Source of the DNA: Burkholderiales bacterium
Lineage (GTDB): Bacteria > Pseudomonadota > Gammaproteobacteria > Burkholderiales > Burkholderiaceae_C
DNA: 47,922 nt
Direction: 5' to 3'
Assembly (NCBI GenBank): GCA_003152055.1
Contig: PLZH01000125.1
Location: 1-47,922 of the forward strand
Shown here one piece after another: positions 18,209 to 27,370 of the stretch; positions within the stretch are counted from its first letter, which is position 1, and each line of letters begins with the position of its first letter. The translations under genes were made by a program, and so were the position numbers. The notes under the pieces were generated by a model. That model saw only the letters and a program-made list of their open reading frames with translations. It did not search any database and was not told the origin of the DNA.

Positions 18209-18892
18209 ATGAAGTGGAACGTCGCGATCCGCAAGAAGATGGGCAACGGGGCGCAGGGCTTCGATCTCGACATTTCGTTTTCGAGCGATGCGGCGCGACT
18301 GGTGCTTTTGGGCCCGTCGGGCGCGGGCAAGACCCTGACGCTGAAGGCCATCGCAGGGCTGCTGCGCCCGGATGGAGGACAGATCGCCTTCGAAGGCGAG
18401 GCACTCTTCGACGCCGCAGCAGGAATCGACGTGCCGGCCCGCGATCGCGGGCTCGGCTACCTGTTCCAGGAGTACGCGCTGTTCCCGCATCTCACCGTTC
18501 GACAGAACATCGCCTTCGGCCTCGACAAGGGCTTGCGTAATCCGCGCCGGCATGCCGACGATCCGGCCACCGAGCGGTGGCTGGAGGCACTCGAGCTCGG
18601 CCCGCTCGGCGACCGGTTTCCGGATCAGCTTTCCGGCGGGCAACGGCAGCGCACCGCGCTCGCGAGGGCCTTCGCCGCCGAGCCACGCGCCTTGCTGCTC
18701 GACGAGCCTTTCGCTGCCGTGGACGGGGTTCTGCGCGACAAACTGCGCGCGCAACTGCACGATCTGCAGGCCCGCTTCGCGCTGCCGATACTGCTGATCA
18801 CGCACGACGCCGCCGACGTCAAGGCCTTTGCCGACGAGGTCGTGCATGTCGACGCCGGCCGCGCGGTGCCGAACCCGACGCGATCCCGATAG
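18209..18892 (+). CDS. modC: Molybdate ABC transporter ATPase, short form without TOBE
   Basis: GPSGAGKT, FQEYALFPHL, LSGGQRQR, LLLDEPF; 227 aa. Confidence 0.9.
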   Translation: MKWNVAIRKKMGNGAQGFDLDISFSSDAARLVLLGPSGAGKTLTLKAIAGLLRPDGGQIAFEGEALFDAAAGIDVPARDRGLGYLFQEYALFPHLTVRQNIAFGLDKGLRNPRRHADDPATERWLEALELGPLGDRFPDQLSGGQRQRTALARAFAAEPRALLLDEPFAAVDGVLRDKLRAQLHDLQARFALPILLITHDAADVKAFADEVVHVDAGRAVPNPTRSR

Positions 18893-19309
18893 TTATCTGA
18901 CGAGCTTGACCAAGGCCCTGATGTCTTCCGCGCAGGCTTTCGTGGCGCGTTCCTCGATCCGGCGGTAGACGCCGACCAGGGATTCGCCGACGGCGGTGAG
19001 CTCGCTGCCGCCGCCATGCTCACCGCCCTTGGCCGAATGGACCGCGGGCTTCTTCAGCGCTGCGTTCAATTCGTCGACCAGCATCCAGGCCCGGCGGTAG
19101 GACATCCTGATCGACTTGGCTGCTGCCGTGATGGAGCGCGTGTCGCGGATCGCCTCGAGAAGCGCGATCTTCCCGGGCCCGACGGAAACCGTTTCGCCGG
19201 ACATGATGCGCATGCGAAATCGGGCCAACGGTGGCTGCCGCCCGGCGAGAGGGGCTCGAGCGGGCTCGCCTGCCCTGGAGGGTCGCTTTGTCGCTGTCTT
19301 GGCATTCAT
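18893..19309 (-). CDS. modE: ModE N-terminal winged-helix regulator (no molybdate-binding domain)
   Basis: VGPGKIALLEAIRDTRSITAAAKSIRMSYRRAW, GGEHGGGSELT. Confidence 0.85.
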   Translation of the reverse strand: MNAKTATKRPSRAGEPARAPLAGRQPPLARFRMRIMSGETVSVGPGKIALLEAIRDTRSITAAAKSIRMSYRRAWMLVDELNAALKKPAVHSAKGGEHGGGSELTAVGESLVGVYRRIEERATKACAEDIRALVKLVR

Positions 19310-19401
19310 CGCGGGCACTCGATCGATTCGACAGTTCTTGCGGCAAGTACCTTACACCATCGCCCTTCGCGCCAAGTCCATCCACGACGAAGAGCGCATG
19401 C

Positions 19402-20184
19402 CTACAAAAGGCGTTCCATCTTCTTTGCGGCTTCGCGAAGCGGCTTGAGCTGCGCGAGCGCGCGGCGCATCGTCATCCGCGCCACGGGAGCGTGCACGGC
19501 GACCGCCGCGCGGACGGCGCCGGCCTTGTCGCGCACCGGAACGGCCACCGCGATCAGCCCGGCGATGAACTCTTCGCGATCGCACGAGTAGCCGGCCCTC
19601 GCGATGCGCTCGCATTCGCCGCGAAGCGCCTTCGCGCCGACGAGCGTGGCCCGCGTCATTCGCGTCAGCGTCATGTGCTCGATCAGCATCTCGCGTTCCG
19701 CCGGCACCATGAATGCCATGAAGAGCTTGCCGCTGGCCGTGCAATGCAAGGGCACGTGCGATCCGACGTCGAGCGTGAGCCGCAGCGGCCACGCTGCCTC
19801 GACGCGGTCGAGATAGAGCACCCGGGCGCGGTCGAAGGTGGTGAAGTTGCAGGTCTCGCCGATCCGGCCGACGAGCGCGGCCAGGACTTCGTGACGAAGT
19901 CCGCGCACGACGCCGTGATTCAGCGTGTCATAGGCCAGCTGGTGCAACGCCGGGCCGGCGACGAAGGAACGCTCCTGCACGTCGCGGGCGAGAAATCGCA
20001 GCCCGATCAGCTGCTCGCAGACGCGATGCGCCGTCGCCTTGGGCAGCGCGAGCCTGCCAGCAAACTCGGCTAGCGTCAGCGGCCGTCCTTCATGCGCCAG
20101 AAGAGCGAGCAGGTTCAGCGCCCGCGCCGCGGACGACCCGCCGCCATCCTTGCCGGCGACGCCTGTTCCTGTTCCTGAGGGCAT
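19402..20184 (-). CDS. iseR: IclR-family regulator, probable IseR
   Basis: HTH LPKATAHR; PLHCTASGK, EEFIAGLIAVAVPV; divergent from GMC + MFS genes as in iseRJU; symbol assigned from context. Confidence 0.75.
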   Translation of the reverse strand: MPSGTGTGVAGKDGGGSSAARALNLLALLAHEGRPLTLAEFAGRLALPKATAHRVCEQLIGLRFLARDVQERSFVAGPALHQLAYDTLNHGVVRGLRHEVLAALVGRIGETCNFTTFDRARVLYLDRVEAAWPLRLTLDVGSHVPLHCTASGKLFMAFMVPAEREMLIEHMTLTRMTRATLVGAKALRGECERIARAGYSCDREEFIAGLIAVAVPVRDKAGAVRAAVAVHAPVARMTMRRALAQLKPLREAAKKMERLL

Positions 20185-20202
20185 AGGGGTAAACCTCGAA
20201 AA

Positions 20203-20219
20203 CGGAACGTTGCGTTCCG
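20203..20219. promoter_or_regulatory. Inverted repeat, candidate IclR operator
   Basis: CGGAACG-TTG-CGTTCCG, perfect 7-bp arms in the divergent promoter region. Confidence 0.65.
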
Positions 20220-20343
20220 AAAGCGCCACGCCTAAGATTATCTGAAAGCAGTCCGAATCGTTTCATTATTGGAGAAGATCGCCGCCGGGCCAAGCGCCGC
20301 GCTCCGCCGACCGACCGCACTCTACGAAGGAGACCGATCGCCG

Positions 20344-21951
20344 ATGAGCGACGAGTTCGACTACATCGTGATCGGCGCGGGCTCGGCGGGCTGCGTGCTC
20401 GCCGCCAGGCTCAGCGAAGACCCGGCGGTTCGGGTTCTTCTGCTCGAGGCGGGCCCGCGCGACACATCGCTCTGGATCCATCTGCCGATCGGCTACGGCA
20501 AGACGATGTGGAGCGACAGCGTCAACTGGCGCTTCCACACCGATCCCGATCCGAATATGAACGGGCGGCGGATCTACTGGCCGCGCGGCAAGACGCTGGG
20601 TGGCTCGAGTTCGATCAACGGCCTGATCTATATCCGCGGCCAGCGCGAGGACTACGACCACTGGGCCGCGCTCGGCAATCGCGGTTGGGGCTGGGACAGC
20701 GTGCTGCCGTACTTCGTGAAGTCGGAAGGCAACCAGCGCGGCGTCAGCGATTTCCACGGCAGCCAGGGGCCGCTGAAGGTGTCCGACATCGGCGCGCGCG
20801 ATCCGCTCATCGAGGCGTTCATTGCCGGTGCCGGGCAGATGGGCGTGCCGCGCAACGACGATTTCAACGGCGAAGTGCAGGAAGGCGCGGGCTACTTTCA
20901 GCTGACGACGTGCAGGGGCTGGCGATGCAGCACGGCCAAGGCGTATCTCGAGCCGGCCCGGGCGCGAGGGAACCTTCGCGTCGAGACCGGCGCCTTCGCT
21001 TCCCGCGTCACGATGCAAGGCAAGCGTGCCGTCGGCGTGCGCTGGCGCCAGGGTGGCGCGATGCGCAGCGCGCGGGCGCGGGCCGAGGTGCTGCTTTCGG
21101 CCGGCTCGATCCAGTCGCCGCAGCTGCTGCAGCTTTCCGGCATCGGGCCGGCGGCGCTGCTCAGCCGGCACGGCATTGCCGTCGTTCACGATGCGCCCGG
21201 CGTCGGCGAGAACCTGCAGGATCACCTGCAGATCCGCGTCATCTGCGAATCGACGCGGCCAACCACCAACGACCAGCTCAACTCCTGGATCGGCCAGGCG
21301 AAGCTGGGGCTGCAGTGGCTCATGTTTCGCACCGGGCCGCTTGCCGTCGGCATCAACCAGGGCGGCTGCTTCATGCGCGCGCTTCCCGCGCAAGCGAACA
21401 CCCCCGACATCCAGTTCCATGTCGCGACGCTCTCGGCCGACATGGCCGGCGGCAAGGTCCATCCCTTTTCGGGCTTCACGATGTCGACCTGCCAGTTGCG
21501 CCCCGAGTCGCGCGGGCACATCCGCATCCGCTCGACCGATCCGTTCGAGCCGCCCGAGATGCAGCCCAACTACCTCGCGACCGAGCTCGATCGGCGCACG
21601 ACGGTCGCCGGCGTCAAGGCGGCGCGCGCGATCGCGGCGACGCCGGCGATGCGGCCGCTCGTCAAGCGCGAGGTCACGCCCGGCCCCGAGGTGGCGAGCG
21701 ACGAGGCGCTGCTCGAGTTCTGCAGGGACAACGGCGCCACGATCTTCCACCCGAGCGGCACCTGCAAGATGGGCAGCGACAGCATGGCCGTGCTCGACGA
21801 GCGGCTGCGCGTTCGCGGCGTCGAGCGGCTGCGTGTCGTCGATTGCTCGGCCATGCCGACGCTGGTTTCGGGCAACACCAATGCGCCGGCGGTGATGATG
21901 GCCGAAAAGGCTGCAGACATGATTCGCGAGGACGCACGGCGCCGCGTCTGA
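20344..21951 (+). CDS. iseJ: GMC flavoprotein oxidoreductase, probable isethionate dehydrogenase
   Basis: IGAGSAG, RGKTLGGSSSING, NLQDH, FHPSGTC, GNTNAP; family certain, substrate inferred from IclR-GMC-MFS order next to taurine genes. Confidence 0.72.
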   Translation: MSDEFDYIVIGAGSAGCVLAARLSEDPAVRVLLLEAGPRDTSLWIHLPIGYGKTMWSDSVNWRFHTDPDPNMNGRRIYWPRGKTLGGSSSINGLIYIRGQREDYDHWAALGNRGWGWDSVLPYFVKSEGNQRGVSDFHGSQGPLKVSDIGARDPLIEAFIAGAGQMGVPRNDDFNGEVQEGAGYFQLTTCRGWRCSTAKAYLEPARARGNLRVETGAFASRVTMQGKRAVGVRWRQGGAMRSARARAEVLLSAGSIQSPQLLQLSGIGPAALLSRHGIAVVHDAPGVGENLQDHLQIRVICESTRPTTNDQLNSWIGQAKLGLQWLMFRTGPLAVGINQGGCFMRALPAQANTPDIQFHVATLSADMAGGKVHPFSGFTMSTCQLRPESRGHIRIRSTDPFEPPEMQPNYLATELDRRTTVAGVKAARAIAATPAMRPLVKREVTPGPEVASDEALLEFCRDNGATIFHPSGTCKMGSDSMAVLDERLRVRGVERLRVVDCSAMPTLVSGNTNAPAVMMAEKAADMIREDARRRV

Positions 21952-21994
21952 GCACGCGTCGCATTCACGACAACACGAGGGGAGACACAGAGTC

Positions 21995-23284
21995 ATGAGC
22001 ACGAACAACGAACAGACGATCCGCCGCGTCGTCACCTCCGCCCTCGTCGGCGCGACGATCGAGTGGTACGACTTCTTTCTCTACGGCGTCGTCGCCGGCA
22101 TCGTCTTCAACAAGCTCTACTTTCCGGCGGCCGATCCGGTGGTCTCGACCCTGCTCGCTTACACGACCTTCGCCGTCGGCTTCGTGACGCGGCCGCTCGG
22201 CGGCGTGATCTTCGGCCACTTCGGCGACCGCATCGGCCGCAAGACGATGCTGGTCATGACGCTCATGATCATGGGCATCGCCACCTTCCTTATCGGCCTC
22301 GTGCCGACCTACGCGCAGATCGGCGTCGGCGCGCCGCTCCTGCTGCTCCTGCTGCGCGTGCTCCAAGGCATCGGCCTCGGCGGCGAATGGGGCGGCGCCG
22401 TGCTTATGGCGTACGAATACGCGCCGCCGGGAAAGCGCGGCTTCTACGCCTCGTTGCCGCAGATCGGGCTGGCCATCGGCCTGTGCATGGCCTCGGGCGT
22501 TGTCGCCTTGCTCTCGTCGCTGCTCACCGACGAGCAGTTCCTCGCCTGGGGCTGGCGCGTCGCCTTCCTCATCTCGATCATCATGGTCGGCGTCGGCCTC
22601 TACATTCGTCTCAACCTGCAGGAGACGCCGGAATTCGCGGCGATCAAGGCGAAGAACGCCGAGGTCCGGATCCCGTTCATGGACATGCTGCGCCGCTACC
22701 CGGGCAACATCCTGAAGGGCATGGGCGCGCGCTACATCGACGGCGTGTTCTTCAACATCTTCGGCGTGTTCGTCATCGCCTACCTCACCTCGACGGTGAA
22801 GATCAGCCGCACCGATGCGCTGCTCGGCGTCATGGTGTCGGCGCTGGTCATGATCGCCACCATTCCGATGTTCGGGCGGCTGTCCGATCGCATCGGCCGG
22901 CCGAGGGTCTACATGTGGGGCTCGCTCATCACCGCGATTTCCGCCTTCCCGGGCTTCTGGCTGATGACGCACAGCGGCGGCAATATCCTGCTCGTCTGGC
23001 TCTCGATCGTCGTTCCCTTCGGCATCCTCTACGCGTCGATTTACGGCCCCGAGGCGGCGCTCTTCTGCGACCTGTTCGACGCCAAGGTCCGCTACACGGG
23101 GATCTCGTTCGTCTATCAGTTCTCCGGCATCTTCGCCTCCGGCATCACGCCGGTCATCGCCACCGCGTTGCTCAAGTCGGGCGGCGGCCAGCCGTGGCAG
23201 ATCTGCATGTACGTGCTGTTCGCGGGCGTCGTCTCGGCAGTCTCGGCGGCGATGATCGGCAAGTCGAAGCCGGCCGTTGCGTGA
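21995..23284 (+). CDS. iseU: MFS metabolite:H+ symporter (MHS), probable IseU
   Basis: GATIEWYDFFLYG, FGHFGDRIGRK, QGIGLGGEWGGA; downstream of the GMC gene. Confidence 0.7.
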   Translation: MSTNNEQTIRRVVTSALVGATIEWYDFFLYGVVAGIVFNKLYFPAADPVVSTLLAYTTFAVGFVTRPLGGVIFGHFGDRIGRKTMLVMTLMIMGIATFLIGLVPTYAQIGVGAPLLLLLLRVLQGIGLGGEWGGAVLMAYEYAPPGKRGFYASLPQIGLAIGLCMASGVVALLSSLLTDEQFLAWGWRVAFLISIIMVGVGLYIRLNLQETPEFAAIKAKNAEVRIPFMDMLRRYPGNILKGMGARYIDGVFFNIFGVFVIAYLTSTVKISRTDALLGVMVSALVMIATIPMFGRLSDRIGRPRVYMWGSLITAISAFPGFWLMTHSGGNILLVWLSIVVPFGILYASIYGPEAALFCDLFDAKVRYTGISFVYQFSGIFASGITPVIATALLKSGGGQPWQICMYVLFAGVVSAVSAAMIGKSKPAVA

Positions 23285-23306
23285 GGTCGCCGCCGCGGTC
23301 GCGAGC

Positions 23307-25187
23307 TCAGCCCGCGCCGTCCTGAAGCGAGGTGGCTGCTTCGGCGGCTGGCGAAGCCGCCGGGGCGGCCGGCGCATCTTCGGGCCGCGCGACCGTGCCT
23401 TCGGGAACGAAGGGCGGCACGGGTTTGGGAAGGGCGTGGCACTCCTCGAACACGCGTACCGTGCAGTGCGAGCAGATAGCCCGGTCCAGGCGCCCGAAGA
23501 TCGTGTCGATGGCGATCCGCTTGGCCGGAAAGATGTGGTCGAGCCCCAGTTCGTCGATGAAGCCGAGCTTCTGCCAGAGCTGCAGGACCGGCGCGCGCGG
23601 GCGGTGAAAGTACAGATCGCCGCCCATCTTGCGGCGCACGCGCAACTCGTTGCGCCACATCTCGGCGGCCGAGAGGTCGATGAAGTTCATGCTCTTGGCC
23701 ATGACCAGCAGATGCTTCGGCGAGTTGCGCGGCGTGCGCAGGTCGCGCAGTTGGTCGTCGACCCAGGGCACGGCGCCGAAATAGACCTCGCCTTCCATGC
23801 GCACCATCTTCAGCTGCGGGCATTCGTCGTGCGGCTGCGGCACGTGCTCGCGAACGACGAACGCGCGGCCCGGCTCCTTCGAGTCGAAGCCCATGATGCG
23901 CATCGCCGGCTTGGAGGTGCGATAGAGGTGGGTGACGAGCGAAAGAATCGTCCCGAGCAGGATCGCCATCTCGATGCGGATCGAGATCGTCGCGACGAAG
24001 GTCGCTGCTGCGATGGCGAAGTCGGTTCGGCTCGAGCGCCACAGCTTGAGCCAGTTCGGCCAGTCGAGCAGCGTCCAGGAGATCAGCACCAGCAGCCCGG
24101 CGATGGCCGCCATCGGAATGAGCGCAAGCAGCGACGAGCTGGCGGCGATGAGCACGAGCAGCAGTAGCGAAGCGAACACGGCGGCCAGCGGCGTCCGCGC
24201 GCCGGCTTCGTAGTTCGGCATCGAGCGGTTGAGCGAGCCGCACGACACGTACGAGGAGAAGAATCCGCCGACGATGTTCGATAGGCCCTGGCCTCGGAAC
24301 TCCCGGTTCGCATCGATGGCCTGGCCCGATCGCTCGGCGACGGCCTTGGCGATCGAGATCGACTGGCCGAGCGCGACGATGGTGAGCGCGAACGAGATGC
24401 CGACGAGATCGGGGATCGATTGCAGGCTCACGTCGGGCGCGTGAAAGTGCAGCCAGATCGGCGGGATCGTGCCGACCACCGCGATCCAGTCGTGATCGGC
24501 GGGCGTTCGGAAGACAAGCCGGTTGAGCGCCGTCGCGGCCGCCGTCGCTGCGATGAGTCCGGTCAGCATGTAGGGCCAGCGCGGCAGCCAGGTCCTGACG
24601 GCGAGCGAGGCGAGGATCGTCAGCACGCCAATGCCCAATGCCGCCGGCGCGATATCGCCGAGGTGCCTGCCGATGTGTCCGAACAGCGCAAGCAGCCCGT
24701 GCGTGGGCGGCGCCGTCAGCCCGAGCAGATCGGTCAGCGAATGCAGGACGATCAGCGCCGCTGCGCCGCTCATGAAGCCGCGCAGCGCCGCCGGCGAGAT
24801 GAAGTTCGCGATCGCGCCGAGGCGAAGCGCCCCGATCAGGAATTGCATGATGCCGACGATCACCGTCACAGCGAGCGCGAGCTGGATGTAGGGTGGCGAG
24901 CCGACCACAGCGAGCGGTGCCAGCGTCGCGAACAGGGCGAGCGAGTTGGCATTGGTCGGCCCCGAGGCAACGTGCAAGCTCGAGCCGAAGAGCGCGGCGA
25001 CAGCGCAGGGCACGATCGCCGTGTAGAGGCCGTACTCGGGCGGCAGCCCGGCCAGCGTCGCGAAGGCGAAGCCCTGCGGCAGGACGAGGAGGGCACCGAG
25101 GATGCCGGCGATGAGGTCAGCGCGAAGCGTCTGGGCATCGACCCCGCGCACCCAAGGGCCGAACAAGCGGGTAGCAACTCCTCTCAT
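23307..25187 (-). CDS. SulP/SLC26 anion transporter with STAS domain
   Basis: ADLIAG, LPQGFAFATLAGLPPEYGLY, DANREFRGQGLSN, GSLNRS, STAS MNFIDLS. Confidence 0.93.
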   Translation of the reverse strand: MRGVATRLFGPWVRGVDAQTLRADLIAGILGALLVLPQGFAFATLAGLPPEYGLYTAIVPCAVAALFGSSLHVASGPTNANSLALFATLAPLAVVGSPPYIQLALAVTVIVGIMQFLIGALRLGAIANFISPAALRGFMSGAAALIVLHSLTDLLGLTAPPTHGLLALFGHIGRHLGDIAPAALGIGVLTILASLAVRTWLPRWPYMLTGLIAATAAATALNRLVFRTPADHDWIAVVGTIPPIWLHFHAPDVSLQSIPDLVGISFALTIVALGQSISIAKAVAERSGQAIDANREFRGQGLSNIVGGFFSSYVSCGSLNRSMPNYEAGARTPLAAVFASLLLLVLIAASSSLLALIPMAAIAGLLVLISWTLLDWPNWLKLWRSSRTDFAIAAATFVATISIRIEMAILLGTILSLVTHLYRTSKPAMRIMGFDSKEPGRAFVVREHVPQPHDECPQLKMVRMEGEVYFGAVPWVDDQLRDLRTPRNSPKHLLVMAKSMNFIDLSAAEMWRNELRVRRKMGGDLYFHRPRAPVLQLWQKLGFIDELGLDHIFPAKRIAIDTIFGRLDRAICSHCTVRVFEECHALPKPVPPFVPEGTVARPEDAPAAPAASPAAEAATSLQDGAG

Positions 25188-25233
25188 CGCTATCGATTGT
25201 CGCCCCGGCGGGGGTCCGCAGCGTTAGCAGGCC

Positions 25234-26484
25234 CTAGTAGACGGCCTTGAGCGCCCCACCGTCATCGCCGCCTGTGCGCGCCGCTTCCTGCAGCGACGCC
25301 GCGAGATCGGCGAGGTACTCGCCGATGACCGGCTCGTGCGTCAGGTTGAGCATCAGGTGCAGGCCCGGCGGGTTCTTGACGTGCCCCGTGAGCCAGCCGC
25401 GCCGGACCATCGCCCGGCCGATCGCGGCAATGTCGTGGCTCGGCGATCCGAAGGCGAGGATCGACAGCTCGGGCCGGCCGAGGGTGCGAAAGCCGAGCCC
25501 CTCGACGCCTTGCTCGTAGGCCTCGCGGGTGTCGAGGACGCGCCGCGTCACGCGCAGGTAGCCCTCCTCGCCGAGGTAGTTCATGACCGCCCAGGCCGCG
25601 GCGATTGCGCCGCCGGCGCGCGTGCCGACCAGGGTGTTCGTCATGTACTGGCCGCGCGGCCAGTTGTCGAAGGAGTAGCTCATGCCGGCGAACGACGCCG
25701 CATCGGCGAAGAAGAGCGTCGACGCGCCCTTGGCCGCGTAGCCATACTTGTGCAGGTCGGCCGAGATCGAAGTGACGCCGGGGACCGCAAAGTCGAACGG
25801 CTCGATCGGCGCACCGAGTTTTCGTGCGAAAGGCGCGATGTAGCCGCCGACGCAGGCATCGACGTGCATCCAGACGCCGCGCTCGGCGGCCGCCGTGGCG
25901 ATCGCGGCGATCGGATCCATGACCCCGTGCGGATAGGCCGGCGCCGATGCGACGACCATCACGGTGTCCGGAGTGACGGCGGCGGCGATCGCTTGCGGGT
26001 CGGCTCTGAAATCGGCAGCGAGCGGCGTGCGCACCGTCTTCAGGCCGAGGAAATGCGCCGCCTTGTCGAACGCCGGGTGCGCGCTCAGCGCGAGCACGAT
26101 GTTCGGCTGGCCCGATCGGCGCCCGGCGGCCGCGGCCCGATCCCGAGCCGCCTTGACGGCGAGAAAGATGCTCTCGGTGCCGCCGGTCGTCATCGCGCCG
26201 CGCGCGTCGGCGCCGCCGTGCAGCAACGCCAGGCCCATGGCTACCACTTCCGACTCGAACTTGGCGAGGCTGCCGAAGGCGCGCAGGCCGAGCCCGTTCT
26301 CGGAGAAATACATCAGGTAGGCTCGCTTGGCGACGTCGAGGACGTCGTCGCCGGCGAAGTGGATGAAGGCCGGCGCCCGCCCGGTTCGCCAGGCGACGTC
26401 GTGCTCGCCCGCCGCCTTCAGTTGTCGCTCGAGCTCCGGCCACGGCGTTCCCGCCTTCGCCAACGCGATCCGCTCCGCCGCCAT
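25234..26484 (-). CDS. Sphingosine-1-phosphate-lyase-like group II PLP enzyme
   Basis: TTGGTESIFLAVKAARD, AHPAFDKAA, SAPAYPHGVMDPI, HVDACVGG, SISADLHKYGYAAKGAS (PLP Lys), GTRAGG. Confidence 0.85.
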   Translation of the reverse strand: MAAERIALAKAGTPWPELERQLKAAGEHDVAWRTGRAPAFIHFAGDDVLDVAKRAYLMYFSENGLGLRAFGSLAKFESEVVAMGLALLHGGADARGAMTTGGTESIFLAVKAARDRAAAAGRRSGQPNIVLALSAHPAFDKAAHFLGLKTVRTPLAADFRADPQAIAAAVTPDTVMVVASAPAYPHGVMDPIAAIATAAAERGVWMHVDACVGGYIAPFARKLGAPIEPFDFAVPGVTSISADLHKYGYAAKGASTLFFADAASFAGMSYSFDNWPRGQYMTNTLVGTRAGGAIAAAWAVMNYLGEEGYLRVTRRVLDTREAYEQGVEGLGFRTLGRPELSILAFGSPSHDIAAIGRAMVRRGWLTGHVKNPPGLHLMLNLTHEPVIGEYLADLAASLQEAARTGGDDGGALKAVY

Positions 26485-26486
26485 GT

Positions 26487-27281
26487 TCAGCCTTCCTTTC
26501 CGCCCCAGTGGACGACCCGGTTCTCGATCGCACGGGCGACCAGGTCAAGCGCGTAGCCCAGGATCGCCATGATGAGCACGCCGACGATGACGACGTTGGT
26601 CAGCAGGAAGTCGGACGCCGACATCGCCATGAACGCGATGCCCGCCGTCGTGGCGATCATTTCGGCGCCGACCAGCATCGTCACGCCGAGGCCGATCGAG
26701 ACGCGGATACTCGTGAAGATGCCGGGTAGGCTGGCCGGGAAGATGACGCGCCGGAAGATCGTCGTCCGCGATGCGCCGAGCGCCAGCGCTGCCTGGATCT
26801 TGCGCAGGCCGACGCCGCGCACCGCCTGCATGGCGCTGATCGAGAGGATCGGAAACAGCGCCAGGATGATGATCACGACCTTCGCCACCTCGCCGATGCC
26901 GAACCAGATGATGAGCAGCGGCAGCAGCGCCAGCTTGGGCATCGGCCGCGTGATCTCGATCGGCGGATCGAGCACGGCCTTGACGCTCTCGTTCATCCCC
27001 ATCCAGAGGCCGACAGGCACCGCGACGAGCACGGTGAGGCTGAAACCGAGGCCGAAGCGGAACAGGCTGATGCCGAGGTGGTAGGCGAGGCTCTTGCCCT
27101 GGTAGCCGTTCTTCATCAGCACCATGAAGGTCCGGGCGACCGAGAGCGGCGATGGCAGGAAGAGCGGCGGCACCAGGGGCTTCTCGCCGATCGGCGCAGT
27201 GATGGCGAACCAGAACAGGAGCAGCGCCGCGAACGAGGCGACGTTGAGCCAGCGCGAACGATGGTTGCGCTTCACGCTCAT
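26487..27281 (-). CDS. TauC/SsuC-like ABC permease (second system)
   Basis: [34 protein letters not shown]. Confidence 0.9.
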   Translation of the reverse strand: MSVKRNHRSRWLNVASFAALLLFWFAITAPIGEKPLVPPLFLPSPLSVARTFMVLMKNGYQGKSLAYHLGISLFRFGLGFSLTVLVAVPVGLWMGMNESVKAVLDPPIEITRPMPKLALLPLLIIWFGIGEVAKVVIIILALFPILSISAMQAVRGVGLRKIQAALALGASRTTIFRRVIFPASLPGIFTSIRVSIGLGVTMLVGAEMIATTAGIAFMAMSASDFLLTNVVIVGVLIMAILGYALDLVARAIENRVVHWGGKEG

Positions 27282-27370
27282 CGCACCCCCACGCTTGCGG
27301 CTCGCGCCGCCGCGCTGCCCCCCGAGAGGGCTCTCGCGCCTTGGGGCGGCCCGGCGGCGCTCATCGCACC
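27275..27370 (-). repeat. 83-bp inserted GC-rich element bounded by 13-bp direct repeats, encoding a 28-codon mini-ORF
   Basis: CGCTCATCGCACC at 27275-27287 and 27358-27370; minus-strand ORF 27364-27278 MSAAGPPQGARALSGGSAAARAASVGVR* overlaps both neighbours by ATGA. Confidence 0.8.

Noticed and set aside
20344-21951. betA choline dehydrogenase
   Set aside because: No betB/betI/betT nearby; IclR-GMC-MFS order beside taurine genes fits iseRJU better, though not proven
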